From: a virus
DNA length: 13,202 nucleotides
IMG/VR virus record: IMGVR_UViG_3300045988_115487
Span: 1-13,202 of that record
Reading direction: 5' to 3' (one strand)
The position numbers were made by a program, and so were the translations under genes. The notes beneath the pieces are model-generated. The model was not told the DNA's origin and ran no database searches. It saw only the letters and a program-made list of their open reading frames with translations. Position 1 is the first letter of the stretch. Each line of letters begins with the position of its first letter. Of this stretch, positions 13,130 to 13,202 are shown one piece after another.

Positions 13130-13202
13130 CGTGTCCGTCATAGACATACACATGTGTCCGTGTGGGGAAGAAATTTGTCCGTCCACCACGGACTTGAGTA
13201 TT
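13130..13202. repeat. Right inverted terminal repeat (73 bp)
   Basis: 13130-13202 is the exact reverse complement of 1-73 and ends exactly at the window edge. Confidence 0.97.

Overview
The window appears to be a complete linear genome of a very small phi29-like, protein-primed tailed phage. The strongest evidence is that bases 1-73 are the exact reverse complement of bases 13130-13202, so a 73-bp inverted terminal repeat (ITR) sits at each end of the window. All 18 credible genes lie on the minus strand, tightly packed, often with ATGA start/stop overlaps and GGAGG-type ribosome-binding sites.

Reading the minus strand from 13202 down to 1:
- Right ITR, then one or two sigma-A-type promoters.
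- A non-coding but highly structured region of about 265 nt.
- An early block: two ORFans, a small membrane protein with a basic tail, a tandem ribbon-helix-helix (RHH) regulator, a candidate terminal protein and a family-B protein-primed DNA polymerase.
- A second consensus promoter.
- A p6-like protein, an SSB-like protein and a gp16-type packaging ATPase.
- A structured intergenic RNA element.
- A BhlA/UviB-type holin and an SH3b-only protein.
- Structural genes: scaffold, major capsid, gp9-like tail knob, tail lysozyme, gp10-like connector, putative lower collar, and a tail appendage carrying an SGNH/GDSL esterase domain.
- An intrinsic terminator directly abutting the left ITR.

I saw no integrase, repressor module, tRNA or CRISPR array. 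The sequence is visibly AT-rich. The promoters, ribosome-binding sites, holin type and SH3b domain suggest a low-GC Gram-positive (Firmicutes) host.

All protein family calls come from reading motifs and from recalled phi29 protein sequences. No searches were run.

The items most worth follow-up are:
- the structured promoter-proximal RNA, as a pRNA candidate;
- the anti-SD/SD switch upstream of the holin;
- the repeat architecture of the ITR;
- the lysis module, which has no obvious catalytic endolysin;
- the esterase-bearing tail appendage;
- the unusually small candidate terminal protein.
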